The notes under the pieces are model-generated. The model was given only the letters and a program-made list of their open reading frames with translations, did not search any database and was not told the DNA's origin. Shown in pieces: positions 40,757 to 49,557 of a stretch of 64,000 nucleotides of DNA. Source of the stretch: an uncultured Piscirickettsiaceae bacterium (lineage in GTDB: Bacteria > Pseudomonadota > Gammaproteobacteria > Nitrosococcales > Methylophagaceae); assembly GCA_964598235.1 (NCBI GenBank), contig CAZRAY010000003.1:77-64076 (forward strand). The letters run 5' to 3'. The stretch's first letter is position 1. The number at the start of each line of letters is the position of its first letter. Both the position numbers and the translations under genes were made by a program.

Positions 40757-43700
40757 ATGCTAAAGGGCTTATTACATGCGGGCAGCAAACAAGTGGTGCG
40801 CTTGTTTGAGGTGTTGGCTGTCGTTTTGGCGATTATTGTCGGTACGGTCTATTTTGTGTCGACTGAAATTAGTGAACGGCAAGATGAGGTGTCGGGCTGG
40901 CTAACCGATTATATTGGCTATCCGGTTGAGGTTTCCGAGATTGATATTGCGTGGGCAGGGCTTGTCCCGAGGGTGCGGGTGCAAGATGTCGTTGTTCACC
41001 CAGCTGAAACAGAGGAAGTGCACATCGCAGAAGCACAGCTTGGTTTTGACTTGTATGAAAGTATAAAACAAAGAACGGCGATATTCAGTAAGGTGAGCGT
41101 GGCAGGTGTTCGTTTGCCCGTAACGCGTAATACAGAATATACATTCTCTATGATTGGCAAGGAATGGCGGGCTGGCGAATCAGATACGTCTCTAGATTTG
41201 GCGTGGCTTTCTGCATTGCAAAAAATAAGTCTGAGTGATATTTCGCTAGATTATGAAGATAAGGTGCAGCCTTATTTGTCTGGTGATTATATTTTGAAGT
41301 CAGGGGTATTGAAGCATGTGGTTGCTGATTGGATTTGGCAAACTGAATTAACGTTACCGAGGGAATTGGGGCATGCCATTGGCTTTCATGGACGTTTTAA
41401 TAAAAATAACGCACCCAACGCAACATGGGAGTTTGTTGCTAATAATATCAATGCTGTTTTATTACAAGATGTGGTGTTGCAAGGCATTCTATTAACACAG
41501 GGTAAGGCGGATATACGATTATCAGGCACCGCAGAAGGCTGGCAGCCGAATGAGGCGAAAGGTGAGGTGATACTGTCTGATGTCGTTTTAGCCTCAGCAA
41601 CAAAACAAGGAACACAAGCTATTGCGATCGGATCGATAGCGAGTCAATTGGCTTGGCAAGAAGAGGTGGATAGAAATTGGGGATTAATTAGTGATATACA
41701 GATAGGGGATGCGCTGGAACCAAGCTCACGCTGGCATGTTGAGCGCACGCTGGATGGCGTGCAGACTGTTTCAGTGGATAAACTTCAGCTAAATGAATTG
41801 GCAGAAATAGTATTATTGAGCGATAGCTTATTAACGGATTCGATGCAGCAGCAATTGACCATGCAAAAACCGACGGGTGAAGTGCGTGACTTTGCTATCC
41901 AATATCACCCAGAGCAGGGACTGAAAAACCTAGAGATGAATATGGTGAATATTTCTATTCTGCCCTGGCAAAAAACACCCGGGATAAAAGGGTTGACGGC
42001 ACAATTGAACACCAGCAGTAATAGCGGTAAGTTACAGTTAAACAGCCAGCAATTAACAATAACACCAACCTCGTCGATTAAACCTATTTTGATTAATAGT
42101 CTTTTGGGTGATGTGCAGTGGGAAAATTCGGACAATGGAATGCGTTGGTATAGCGATAACTTGCAGATTAAGAATGCAGATTTCGAATTGGACGCGACGG
42201 GGGATATAACACAAAATGGTGGCAATATTACAAATGATATTGAAGTTGATATGCGAAATATCAATGTGGCTAAATGGCAGAATTATGTCGATGCCAGCAA
42301 GTTGGCACCAGAATTTTATGATTGGGCGAAAGATGCTTTTGTGGCAGGGAAGGTGCAATCAGGGAAGTTAGTTTGGCAAGGTGCGGTGGCTGATTTTCCA
42401 TATGATAAATCTACGCAGGAAGGTGTATTTGATATTAAGTTAAATGCAGAAAATGTGCATTTGCATTATGCACCAGAATGGCCTGATTTGATTAAGCTGA
42501 AAGGTAAAGTGCATATCAAAAATAACACGCTGACAGTGGATAGCCAAGCAGGAGAGATTGGCGGTTTTGCGATTTCTAAGGTGACAACAAAAATTACCAA
42601 TTTAACAAACCGAAAAGCGACGTTAACGCTAAACGGCACGATGCATGGCCAAACTGCACAGGCATTTGAGTTTTTGCAAACAAGCCCATTGAGAACAAAG
42701 TTTGGTGCGTATGTTGCTGGTGTTGTGTCGTCGGGTAATACATCTATCGACTTAGGCTTAGAAATCCCTGTGGCGGATGCAATTAATACACAGGTGACGG
42801 GAACAGCACGCTTTTCGCAGAGCACATTGCTTCGACGTGATTTATTTGATGTGCCGCTGACCGATATTAATGGCCAACTTATATTTACAAATTCAGGGCT
42901 AACAGCTAATGCTTTGCAAGGTAAGCTTTTGGGGATGCCAGTGCAGGTTGATGTGGCAACCAAAGTGGCGTCAGGTCAAACGATTACGACAGTGGACGCC
43001 AAGGGGCGATTAGCGGCAGCTAAAGTGGCTGAAGTATTAGGACAGTCTTTACCAGCGTTCATCACGGGTGAAGCGCGTTATGAAGTTCAAGTTGCGATTC
43101 AGGAGGTGGCTGCGGGAGAGTTTGAAATTAGCAGCACCATTCGCTCCGATTTGGAAGGTGTGGCTATTGATATGCCAGCACCGTTAGGCAAAATGAAGGC
43201 AGAGAAAAAAGATTTCCAAACGCAGATAACGTGGTTGCAAGCGGGTGGGCAGGGCTATACAGGCCATTATGGCGATATTATTACGCTGGCAGCCCAAAAA
43301 AACCAGGCGGATTGGCACGGTGAATTACGGTTAGGGAATAGCACTGCTGTATTACCTGAAAATGGCTGGCGCGTACGTGGGAAGTGGCCAGAATTAGCAT
43401 TAACGCCTTGGCAGGCGTGGTTAGAACAGCGGCCAGATAGCGGTAAAGAACTTGCAGTTGATGATATTGCCATACAATTTGATCGGTTAAGCTTGGCGGG
43501 TCATGCCTTGCATGATTTATCGCTGTCAACCCATAAGGCTTCAAAAGTATGGGTAATTCAGTTATCGAGCGAAGAAGTGGCTGGGAAAATACATTGGCCG
43601 CTAGCGGGGGTGGCTAATCAGCCATTAGAAGCGAACTTAAAGTATTTACATTTAACATTACCAGAAACGAAAGTGTCAGCAGCGGCACCGATTCAGACAG

Positions 43701-44584
43701 AAGAGCTGTGGCCGCCCATACAATTGCATTGCGATAGTTTTACGCTAGACGGTTTAGATTTAGGGGCGGTGGATTTAATATCACATCGTGAACCTACCGC
43801 CTGGGTATTAGATTCAATTTCTTTGCAGGGACCCGCACATGATGTGTTGGCTTCTGGGAGATGGGAGCAGGGCGCGACAGATGATCGCACCACTTTCCTG
43901 GTAAATGGGGAGAGTAATGATGGCGAAGCGCTGTTAACGCATTTTGGGTTTCAACCCGCTGTGCGAACCGATGCAGTAGATGTGAGTTTAGATTTATCGT
44001 GGCCAGGTAGCCCCGTGTCATTCTCGCGTGAGAATATTAAAGGGAAAATGTCGATTGATGTTGAACAAGGTCACTTGTTAGAAGTGGAACCCGGTGCGGC
44101 TGGGCGCGTGTTTGGATTGCTGAGTTTTACCGCGTTGCCACGTCGTTTATCGCTTGATTTCAGTGATTTATTTGGCAAAGGCTTTAGTTTTGATTCGATA
44201 AAAGGCCGATTCAAGGTTGCGGGAGGTAATGCCATCTCTGAAAACTCTAGAATGCGAGGCCCGACAGCGGATGTTGAAATTATGGGCCGTATAGGTCTGG
44301 TTGCTAAAGATTATGATCAACAGATTACGGTGACGCCCAATTTATCTTCAAGCTTGCCGCTTGCAGGGGCTGCTGCAGGGGGCGCAATTGGACTAGGTGT
44401 GGGAACCGCCGTATTATTGGCAGATAAAGCAGTGAATAAGCTTTTTGGTGGCAACATTATTAATCTCATCAGTTATCAATATCAGCTGACAGGGACATGG
44501 GATAAACCTGAGTTTTCAGAACAAAAAGTGAATGAACAAGCAGAAAGAACCCGTGAAATACAACATACAATAGGAAATCAATAA
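40757..44584 (+). CDS. yhdP: AsmA-like intermembrane phospholipid transport protein YhdP
   Basis: 1275 aa with an N-terminal TM anchor. The size and the position between rng and tldD match E. coli YhdP. Confidence 0.85.
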   Translation: MLKGLLHAGSKQVVRLFEVLAVVLAIIVGTVYFVSTEISERQDEVSGWLTDYIGYPVEVSEIDIAWAGLVPRVRVQDVVVHPAETEEVHIAEAQLGFDLYESIKQRTAIFSKVSVAGVRLPVTRNTEYTFSMIGKEWRAGESDTSLDLAWLSALQKISLSDISLDYEDKVQPYLSGDYILKSGVLKHVVADWIWQTELTLPRELGHAIGFHGRFNKNNAPNATWEFVANNINAVLLQDVVLQGILLTQGKADIRLSGTAEGWQPNEAKGEVILSDVVLASATKQGTQAIAIGSIASQLAWQEEVDRNWGLISDIQIGDALEPSSRWHVERTLDGVQTVSVDKLQLNELAEIVLLSDSLLTDSMQQQLTMQKPTGEVRDFAIQYHPEQGLKNLEMNMVNISILPWQKTPGIKGLTAQLNTSSNSGKLQLNSQQLTITPTSSIKPILINSLLGDVQWENSDNGMRWYSDNLQIKNADFELDATGDITQNGGNITNDIEVDMRNINVAKWQNYVDASKLAPEFYDWAKDAFVAGKVQSGKLVWQGAVADFPYDKSTQEGVFDIKLNAENVHLHYAPEWPDLIKLKGKVHIKNNTLTVDSQAGEIGGFAISKVTTKITNLTNRKATLTLNGTMHGQTAQAFEFLQTSPLRTKFGAYVAGVVSSGNTSIDLGLEIPVADAINTQVTGTARFSQSTLLRRDLFDVPLTDINGQLIFTNSGLTANALQGKLLGMPVQVDVATKVASGQTITTVDAKGRLAAAKVAEVLGQSLPAFITGEARYEVQVAIQEVAAGEFEISSTIRSDLEGVAIDMPAPLGKMKAEKKDFQTQITWLQAGGQGYTGHYGDIITLAAQKNQADWHGELRLGNSTAVLPENGWRVRGKWPELALTPWQAWLEQRPDSGKELAVDDIAIQFDRLSLAGHALHDLSLSTHKASKVWVIQLSSEEVAGKIHWPLAGVANQPLEANLKYLHLTLPETKVSAAAPIQTEELWPPIQLHCDSFTLDGLDLGAVDLISHREPTAWVLDSISLQGPAHDVLASGRWEQGATDDRTTFLVNGESNDGEALLTHFGFQPAVRTDAVDVSLDLSWPGSPVSFSRENIKGKMSIDVEQGHLLEVEPGAAGRVFGLLSFTALPRRLSLDFSDLFGKGFSFDSIKGRFKVAGGNAISENSRMRGPTADVEIMGRIGLVAKDYDQQITVTPNLSSSLPLAGAAAGGAIGLGVGTAVLLADKAVNKLFGGNIINLISYQYQLTGTWDKPEFSEQKVNEQAERTREIQHTIGNQ

Positions 44585-44587
44585 CAA

Positions 44588-46027
44588 ATGGCATCTGTTC
44601 TAGAGCAAGTATCAACCCAGTTATTATTACCAGCAGGCTTAACGGAAAGCTCGTTATCCGATGGCCTAGCGATGACGATGACAGCAGGGGTCGATTATGC
44701 CGATCTGTATTTTCAACAAGCACGGCAAGAAAGCTGGTCATTAGAGGATGGTATTGTTAAGGATGGCAGCTATCACATTGAGCAAGGTGTTGGTGTGCGG
44801 GCATGCAGTGGTGAGAAAACAGGCTTTGCCTATTCAGATGAACTCACCTTACCTGCCTTGCAAGCCGCCGCCAAAGCAGCGCGTGCGATAACCCGGCAAG
44901 GTGATACAAAAAAGGTACAGGCTTGGCAGCGTGTATCCACGCCGACTTATTATGGCTGTGATGATCCCTTGGCAACATTAACGGTTGATGAAAAATTGGC
45001 TTTGTTACGGCAAGCAGATGCTGCTGCACGCGCGGCTGATCCACGGGTAACACAAGTTAATGTCAGCTTGTCTGGTGGGGTAGATACGGTATTAGTGACG
45101 GCAAGTGATGGTACCTTTGCAGCGGATATTCGGCCCTTAGTACGGATGAATGTAAGCGTGATTGTCGAACAAAATGGGCGACGTGAGCGCGGGAGCGCTG
45201 GTGGTGGTCGGCGACTAGATTATGGCTATTTCCAGCAGGGTGACTTAGCAGAAGAGTATGCAAAAGAAGCGGTGCGGCAAGCACTTGTCAATTTAGAGGC
45301 GGTGGCAGCCCCTGCAGGAACAATGCCTGTTGTATTGGCTTCTGGTTGGCCAGGAGTATTATTGCATGAGGCAGTAGGGCATGGTTTGGAAGGCGATTTT
45401 AATCGGCGTGAGAGCTCTGCCTTTTCAGGCCGGATTGGGGAACAAGTGGCGTCGACATTATGTACTGTAGTTGATGATGGTACTCTGGCGGATAGGCGTG
45501 GGTCATTGAATGTGGATGATGAAGGGGTGTTGACGGAAAATACCGTGTTAATTGAAAAGGGCATCTTAAAAGGCTATATGCAAGATAAACATAATGCGCG
45601 GTTAATGGGGTCGAAAAGTACCGGGAATGGCCGTCGAGAATCCTATGCACACTTGCCCATGCCGAGAATGACGAATACCTATATGTTGCCAGGTGAATCG
45701 TTTCCAGAAGATATTATTGCTTCGGTTGATAAAGGTCTTTATGCGGTTAATTTTGGCGGCGGACAGGTGGATATTACTTCTGGGAAATTCGTTTTTTCGA
45801 CCAGCGAAGTGTATATGATTGAAAAAGGCAAAGTGACTTATCCTGTTAAAGGCGCGACACTGATTGGAAATGGCCCAGAGGTCATGAGTCGGATCAGTAT
45901 GGTGGGGAATGACTTAGCCTTGGATACGGGTGTCGGTGTGTGTGGTAAAGATGGGCAGAGCGTGCCTGTTGGTGTCGGGCAACCAACACTTAAGGTAGAT
46001 GCGTTGACCGTTGGCGGAACGGCGTAA
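44588..46027 (+). CDS. tldD: Metalloprotease TldD
   Basis: 479 aa with the conserved [13 protein letters not shown] motif. Confidence 0.92.
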   Translation: MASVLEQVSTQLLLPAGLTESSLSDGLAMTMTAGVDYADLYFQQARQESWSLEDGIVKDGSYHIEQGVGVRACSGEKTGFAYSDELTLPALQAAAKAARAITRQGDTKKVQAWQRVSTPTYYGCDDPLATLTVDEKLALLRQADAAARAADPRVTQVNVSLSGGVDTVLVTASDGTFAADIRPLVRMNVSVIVEQNGRRERGSAGGGRRLDYGYFQQGDLAEEYAKEAVRQALVNLEAVAAPAGTMPVVLASGWPGVLLHEAVGHGLEGDFNRRESSAFSGRIGEQVASTLCTVVDDGTLADRRGSLNVDDEGVLTENTVLIEKGILKGYMQDKHNARLMGSKSTGNGRRESYAHLPMPRMTNTYMLPGESFPEDIIASVDKGLYAVNFGGGQVDITSGKFVFSTSEVYMIEKGKVTYPVKGATLIGNGPEVMSRISMVGNDLALDTGVGVCGKDGQSVPVGVGQPTLKVDALTVGGTA

Positions 46028-46374
46028 TGCCGACATCAAAAGCAGATAAAGAATTTGCTGAATATGTTGTCGAGCTAATGCAATCGGTGGGCCCTGTGAC
46101 GGTGAAGGGTATGTTTGGTGGGCATGGTGTTTTTCTTGATGGTTTGATGTTTGGCTTAATTGCTGACCGCGAGTTGTATTTAAAAGTGGATAAAGGGAGC
46201 GAAAACGATTTTATTTCTGAAGGTCTTGAAGCTTTTACCTACAGTAAGCAAGGGAAACCGTTTAAAATGTCTTATTATCAAGCGCCCGAAGCAGCATTAG
46301 AGGATGCAGATGAAATGAATATATGGGCGAATAAAGCCTATGAGGCAGCATTAAGGAAGAAGGTTAAAAAATAA
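46027..46374 (+). CDS. TfoX N-terminal-domain protein (115 aa)
   Basis: TfoX_N-like sequence (VTVKGMFGGHGVFLDGLMFGLIADRELYLKVD). TAATG overlap with tldD. Confidence 0.75.
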   Translation: MPTSKADKEFAEYVVELMQSVGPVTVKGMFGGHGVFLDGLMFGLIADRELYLKVDKGSENDFISEGLEAFTYSKQGKPFKMSYYQAPEAALEDADEMNIWANKAYEAALRKKVKK

Positions 46375-46376
46375 GT

Positions 46377-47432
46377 ATGGCAACACAGAAACATAAAGCG
46401 ATTGCGTTGATCTCAGGCGGCTTAGATTCCTTGCTAGCGGTGCGTGTGCTGCAGGAACAAGGTATTGAAGTGGAAGGCATTAATTTTTACACGGGTTTTT
46501 GTGTAGAAGGGCATACCCATGCGATTCGTAATAAGGATAAAGACAAAGAAAAACGTAATAATGCCCTATGGTCAGCTGAGCAGCTGGGCATTAAGCTGCA
46601 TATTGTGGATATTATTGAAGAATATAAAGATGTCTTGCTGAATCCTAAACATGGTTATGGGCAGAATATGAATCCTTGCTTGGATTGCAAAACCTTTATG
46701 GTCAGCAAGGCGGTGGAATGGATCCATGAAAACCGCAAAGATGGCTTTGATTTTATTATCACGGGTGAAGTGATGGGTCAGCGACCGATGTCGCAACGTA
46801 AAGAGGTGATGCCGATTGTCGCTGCGGAGTCAGGTGCTGACGACTTATTGTTGCGGCCGCTATGTGCTAAAAATCTAGCGCCAACTAAACCAGAACGAGA
46901 AGGTTGGGTCGATCGTGAACGTTTATTCGGGTTTAGTGGCCGTTCCCGCAAGCCTCAAATGGCCTTGGCGGCTGAGTATGGGTTTGAAGACTATGCGAGC
47001 CCTGCTGGTGGCTGTTGCTTCTTAACGGATAAGAGCTATTCAGATAAATTGGTCGATTTGTGGGATGCACGTGGCAGCCGAGAATATGAGTTAGACGATA
47101 TTATGTTGCTCAAAGTCGGGCGGCATATTCGGCCTAAGCCTGAGTTTAAGTTAATCGTATCGCGTGATGCAGGTGAAGGGCAGTTTTTAACGGGCTATAA
47201 AAACCAATATACAACAATTGAATCAGTTAGCCACAATGGCCCATTAGCCTTAGTGGATGGGCAGATGAATGCGGCGGATATTCCGGTCGCTGCAGCTATC
47301 GTAGCGCGCTATGGTCAAGGTAGAGATGCGGATAAAGTTGAAATCGCAATTACCCCGCCTAAAGCAGAACCAAATAAAATTTGGGTGCAACCGATGCGGG
47401 TGGATGCGATGCCAGTGGATTGGCATGTATGA
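46377..47432 (+). CDS. Stand-alone PP-loop ATP pyrophosphatase, ThiI/MnmA-like, lacking THUMP and rhodanese domains (351 aa)
   Basis: PP-loop SGGLDS (nt 46413-46430), ThiI-like ITGEVMGQRPMSQ, Cys pairs NPCLDCK and GGCCFLTD, and an unrecognised ~110-aa C-terminal domain. Confidence 0.75.
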   Translation: MATQKHKAIALISGGLDSLLAVRVLQEQGIEVEGINFYTGFCVEGHTHAIRNKDKDKEKRNNALWSAEQLGIKLHIVDIIEEYKDVLLNPKHGYGQNMNPCLDCKTFMVSKAVEWIHENRKDGFDFIITGEVMGQRPMSQRKEVMPIVAAESGADDLLLRPLCAKNLAPTKPEREGWVDRERLFGFSGRSRKPQMALAAEYGFEDYASPAGGCCFLTDKSYSDKLVDLWDARGSREYELDDIMLLKVGRHIRPKPEFKLIVSRDAGEGQFLTGYKNQYTTIESVSHNGPLALVDGQMNAADIPVAAAIVARYGQGRDADKVEIAITPPKAEPNKIWVQPMRVDAMPVDWHV

Positions 47433-47656
47433 GTGCACATGAATTAGATGCCCGGCGATTATTATGTCCGATGCCCGTTATCAAGGCGCAGAACAAAGTA
47501 AAAACCTTAGAAATCGGGGATACACTGGCGGTGACCTGCACTGATCCAGGTGCGCTTCATGACATCCCCGCATGGGCGAGAATAAATGGCCATGAAATCA
47601 TTAAAAGTGAAGAAATCGATGGAGAAGTTATTATTACCATTCGGGTTAAAGCGTGA
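47429..47656 (+). CDS. TusA/SirA-family sulfur carrier protein (75 aa)
   Basis: Canonical active-site context LLCPMPVIKA (Cys codon 47465-47467). The ATG at 47429 overlaps the PP-loop gene stop (ATGA). The longer upstream start at 47381 was rejected. Confidence 0.85.
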   Translation: MSAHELDARRLLCPMPVIKAQNKVKTLEIGDTLAVTCTDPGALHDIPAWARINGHEIIKSEEIDGEVIITIRVKA

Positions 47657-47709
47657 TGCTTATTAGGGAAAAGCTTGCAGTTTATGACTCTAAAGATTAT
47701 GCTTCGGTA

Positions 47710-48237
47710 ATGCGTTGTTTTTTAATTATATTAATGGCTGTCTTTCTCTTCGGCTCGCAATCTTATGCGGAGGTTTACCGTTGGGTGGATTCGGCTGGCA
47801 AAATTAGTTATTCAGATAAACCGCAGCCTGGTGCAGAAGAGATAGAAATTGATGTCGCGCCATCTATATCAGATACTAAAGCCATCTCGGATGCAGAACC
47901 ACCAGAGGAAGACGAGAAGTCAGAAAAAATCAATTATAAGATTAAAATCTTGACGCCTGAAAATGATGAATCGCTCAGAGATAATGCAGGTAATGTTTCT
48001 ATTATGCTTAAAGTAACACCGAAATTAGATCCCGAGAAAGGGGATATGTTCCTTGTTTATCTTGATGGTGTGGCGAGTTTAGATAAACAAAGCGGGCTTT
48101 TTTTCACGATGCAAAACATTGATCGTGGCACGCATAATTTACGTGTAGAACTAGTGAGCCCCGATGAACAAGTGTTGGCGAGCACCAGTAGTGTATTTCA
48201 TTTGAAACGTTATTCAGTGCAACATAAAAACAACTGA
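47710..48237 (+). CDS. DUF4124-domain periplasmic protein
   Basis: Signal peptide from the Met at 47710 (MRCFLIILMAVFLFGSQSYA) followed by the DUF4124 signature VYRWVDSAGKISYSDKPQPG. Lies upstream of ntrBC, as in Pseudomonas. Confidence 0.75.
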   Translation: MRCFLIILMAVFLFGSQSYAEVYRWVDSAGKISYSDKPQPGAEEIEIDVAPSISDTKAISDAEPPEEDEKSEKINYKIKILTPENDESLRDNAGNVSIMLKVTPKLDPEKGDMFLVYLDGVASLDKQSGLFFTMQNIDRGTHNLRVELVSPDEQVLASTSSVFHLKRYSVQHKNN

Positions 48238-48457
48238 TAATCGTAGATTATTTAATCTTAGCGAAATCCGCTAGGCATGGCTAATAGCTCGCATCAAATG
48301 CAAACAAGTAACTGCTATTTTTTTACGCCATAATAAAATTCCACAAAAGACCCCCCCCTGCCATTTACCGCCCTAAATTGGTGCAATCATTTCATTGTTT
48401 GTCTATTTCTTGTTATTGTTTAGCGTAATTCCTTTGTTCGCATGCGGTTTACGCCAA

Positions 48458-48474
48458 CTGGTGCGATACTTGCT
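48458..48474 (+). promoter_or_regulatory. Sigma-54 (-24/-12) promoter upstream of ntrB
   Basis: CTGGTGCGATACTTGCT matches 15 of 17 positions of YTGGCACGrNNNTTGCW. GG (48460-61) and GC (48472-73) have the exact 10-nt spacing. It lies 35 nt upstream of the ntrB ATG. Confidence 0.6.
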
Positions 48475-48507
48475 TACTTACATCTATAGAAATAATAAAA
48501 GGCTGTT

Positions 48508-49557
48508 ATGACATCAGAAAACACGCATTTAATTGAAAATTTGACGACGGTAGTTGCGGTATTAGATACGAGCCTTCGTGTGGTTTATTTGAATGCAGCA
48601 GCTGAAGAATTGTTTGGTGCGAGTTTACGCCAGGCAGAACGTATTTCCTTGCAAAGTTTATTACCGGGTGCAGAAAAATTATTGACGAGCTTGCAACTCG
48701 TTTTGGAAACACAGGCATCACGTATCGAGCATGAAATTAGCTTATATGTCCCTAGTCGAGGAGAGATACAAGTTGAGGTCGCAATTACTTTATTGCCACA
48801 AGAGCAGGATGAAGCACGGCTTTTATTAGAAATTATTCGGGGGGATTTTCAATATCGTGTCAGTCGGGATGAGCAATTACAAATGCAGCAGCAAGTGATG
48901 CGCGGCTTAGCCCATGAAATTAAGAATCCGCTGGGTGGTTTGCGTGGCGCCGCACAATTACTTGAAAAACAACTAGACTCAGCCGAATTGAAGGAATATA
49001 CCAACATTATTATTGATGAGGCAGATAGATTACAAAATCTGATGGCAAGAATGTTAGGACCGCATCAATTAGCAGAAAACACGCATTTTAATATCCATGA
49101 GGTGCTACAGCGTGTTCGGCAGTTGGTTGAGATTGAATGTGATACACGGCTAAAACTGGTGGGTGATTATGATCCAAGTGTGCCTGACTTATATGCGAAC
49201 TTTGATCAGTTACTGCAAATTATATTGAATATTGCTCGCAATGCTGTGCAGGCGTTAAATGGTATAGGAGAAATTGTTTTAAGAACGCGCGTACGTCGTA
49301 ACTTTACCATTGGTCAGCAACGACATCGTCTCGTGGTATGCATTGAAATAGAAGATAACGGGCCGGGCATTCCTAAAAACTTGCAAGATACTATTTTTTA
49401 TCCCTTAGTCACTAGCCGTTCGGAAGGCACAGGGCTAGGGTTATATTTAGCGCAGAATTTAGCGCAGCGCAATCATGGCGCAATTGAATATGTGAGTCGG
49501 CCAGGTAAAACGACGTTCTCACTCTTTTTCCCTTTGGAGCATGTCAGTGGTGAGTAA
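48508..49557 (+). CDS. ntrB: Nitrogen regulation sensor histidine kinase NtrB
   Basis: PAS-like N-terminus, H-box HEIKNPLGGLRGAAQLL, and an HATPase domain (DNGPGIP...GTGLGL). Confidence 0.9.
   Translation: MTSENTHLIENLTTVVAVLDTSLRVVYLNAAAEELFGASLRQAERISLQSLLPGAEKLLTSLQLVLETQASRIEHEISLYVPSRGEIQVEVAITLLPQEQDEARLLLEIIRGDFQYRVSRDEQLQMQQQVMRGLAHEIKNPLGGLRGAAQLLEKQLDSAELKEYTNIIIDEADRLQNLMARMLGPHQLAENTHFNIHEVLQRVRQLVEIECDTRLKLVGDYDPSVPDLYANFDQLLQIILNIARNAVQALNGIGEIVLRTRVRRNFTIGQQRHRLVVCIEIEDNGPGIPKNLQDTIFYPLVTSRSEGTGLGLYLAQNLAQRNHGAIEYVSRPGKTTFSLFFPLEHVSGE

Noticed and set aside
47381-47428. Upstream extension of the TusA ORF. There are similar alternative upstream starts for DUF4124 (47653), truB (56391), rpsO (57478) and the second YeeE half (35042).
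   Set aside because: The extensions lie inside the preceding gene or add non-conserved residues. The downstream starts give canonical N-termini and, in several cases, ATGA stop/start coupling or a visible Shine-Dalgarno.
48506-48721. 71-aa minus-strand ORF overlapping the ntrB start.
   Set aside because: It lies entirely antisense to the ntrB N-terminus, with no RBS and no homology impression.
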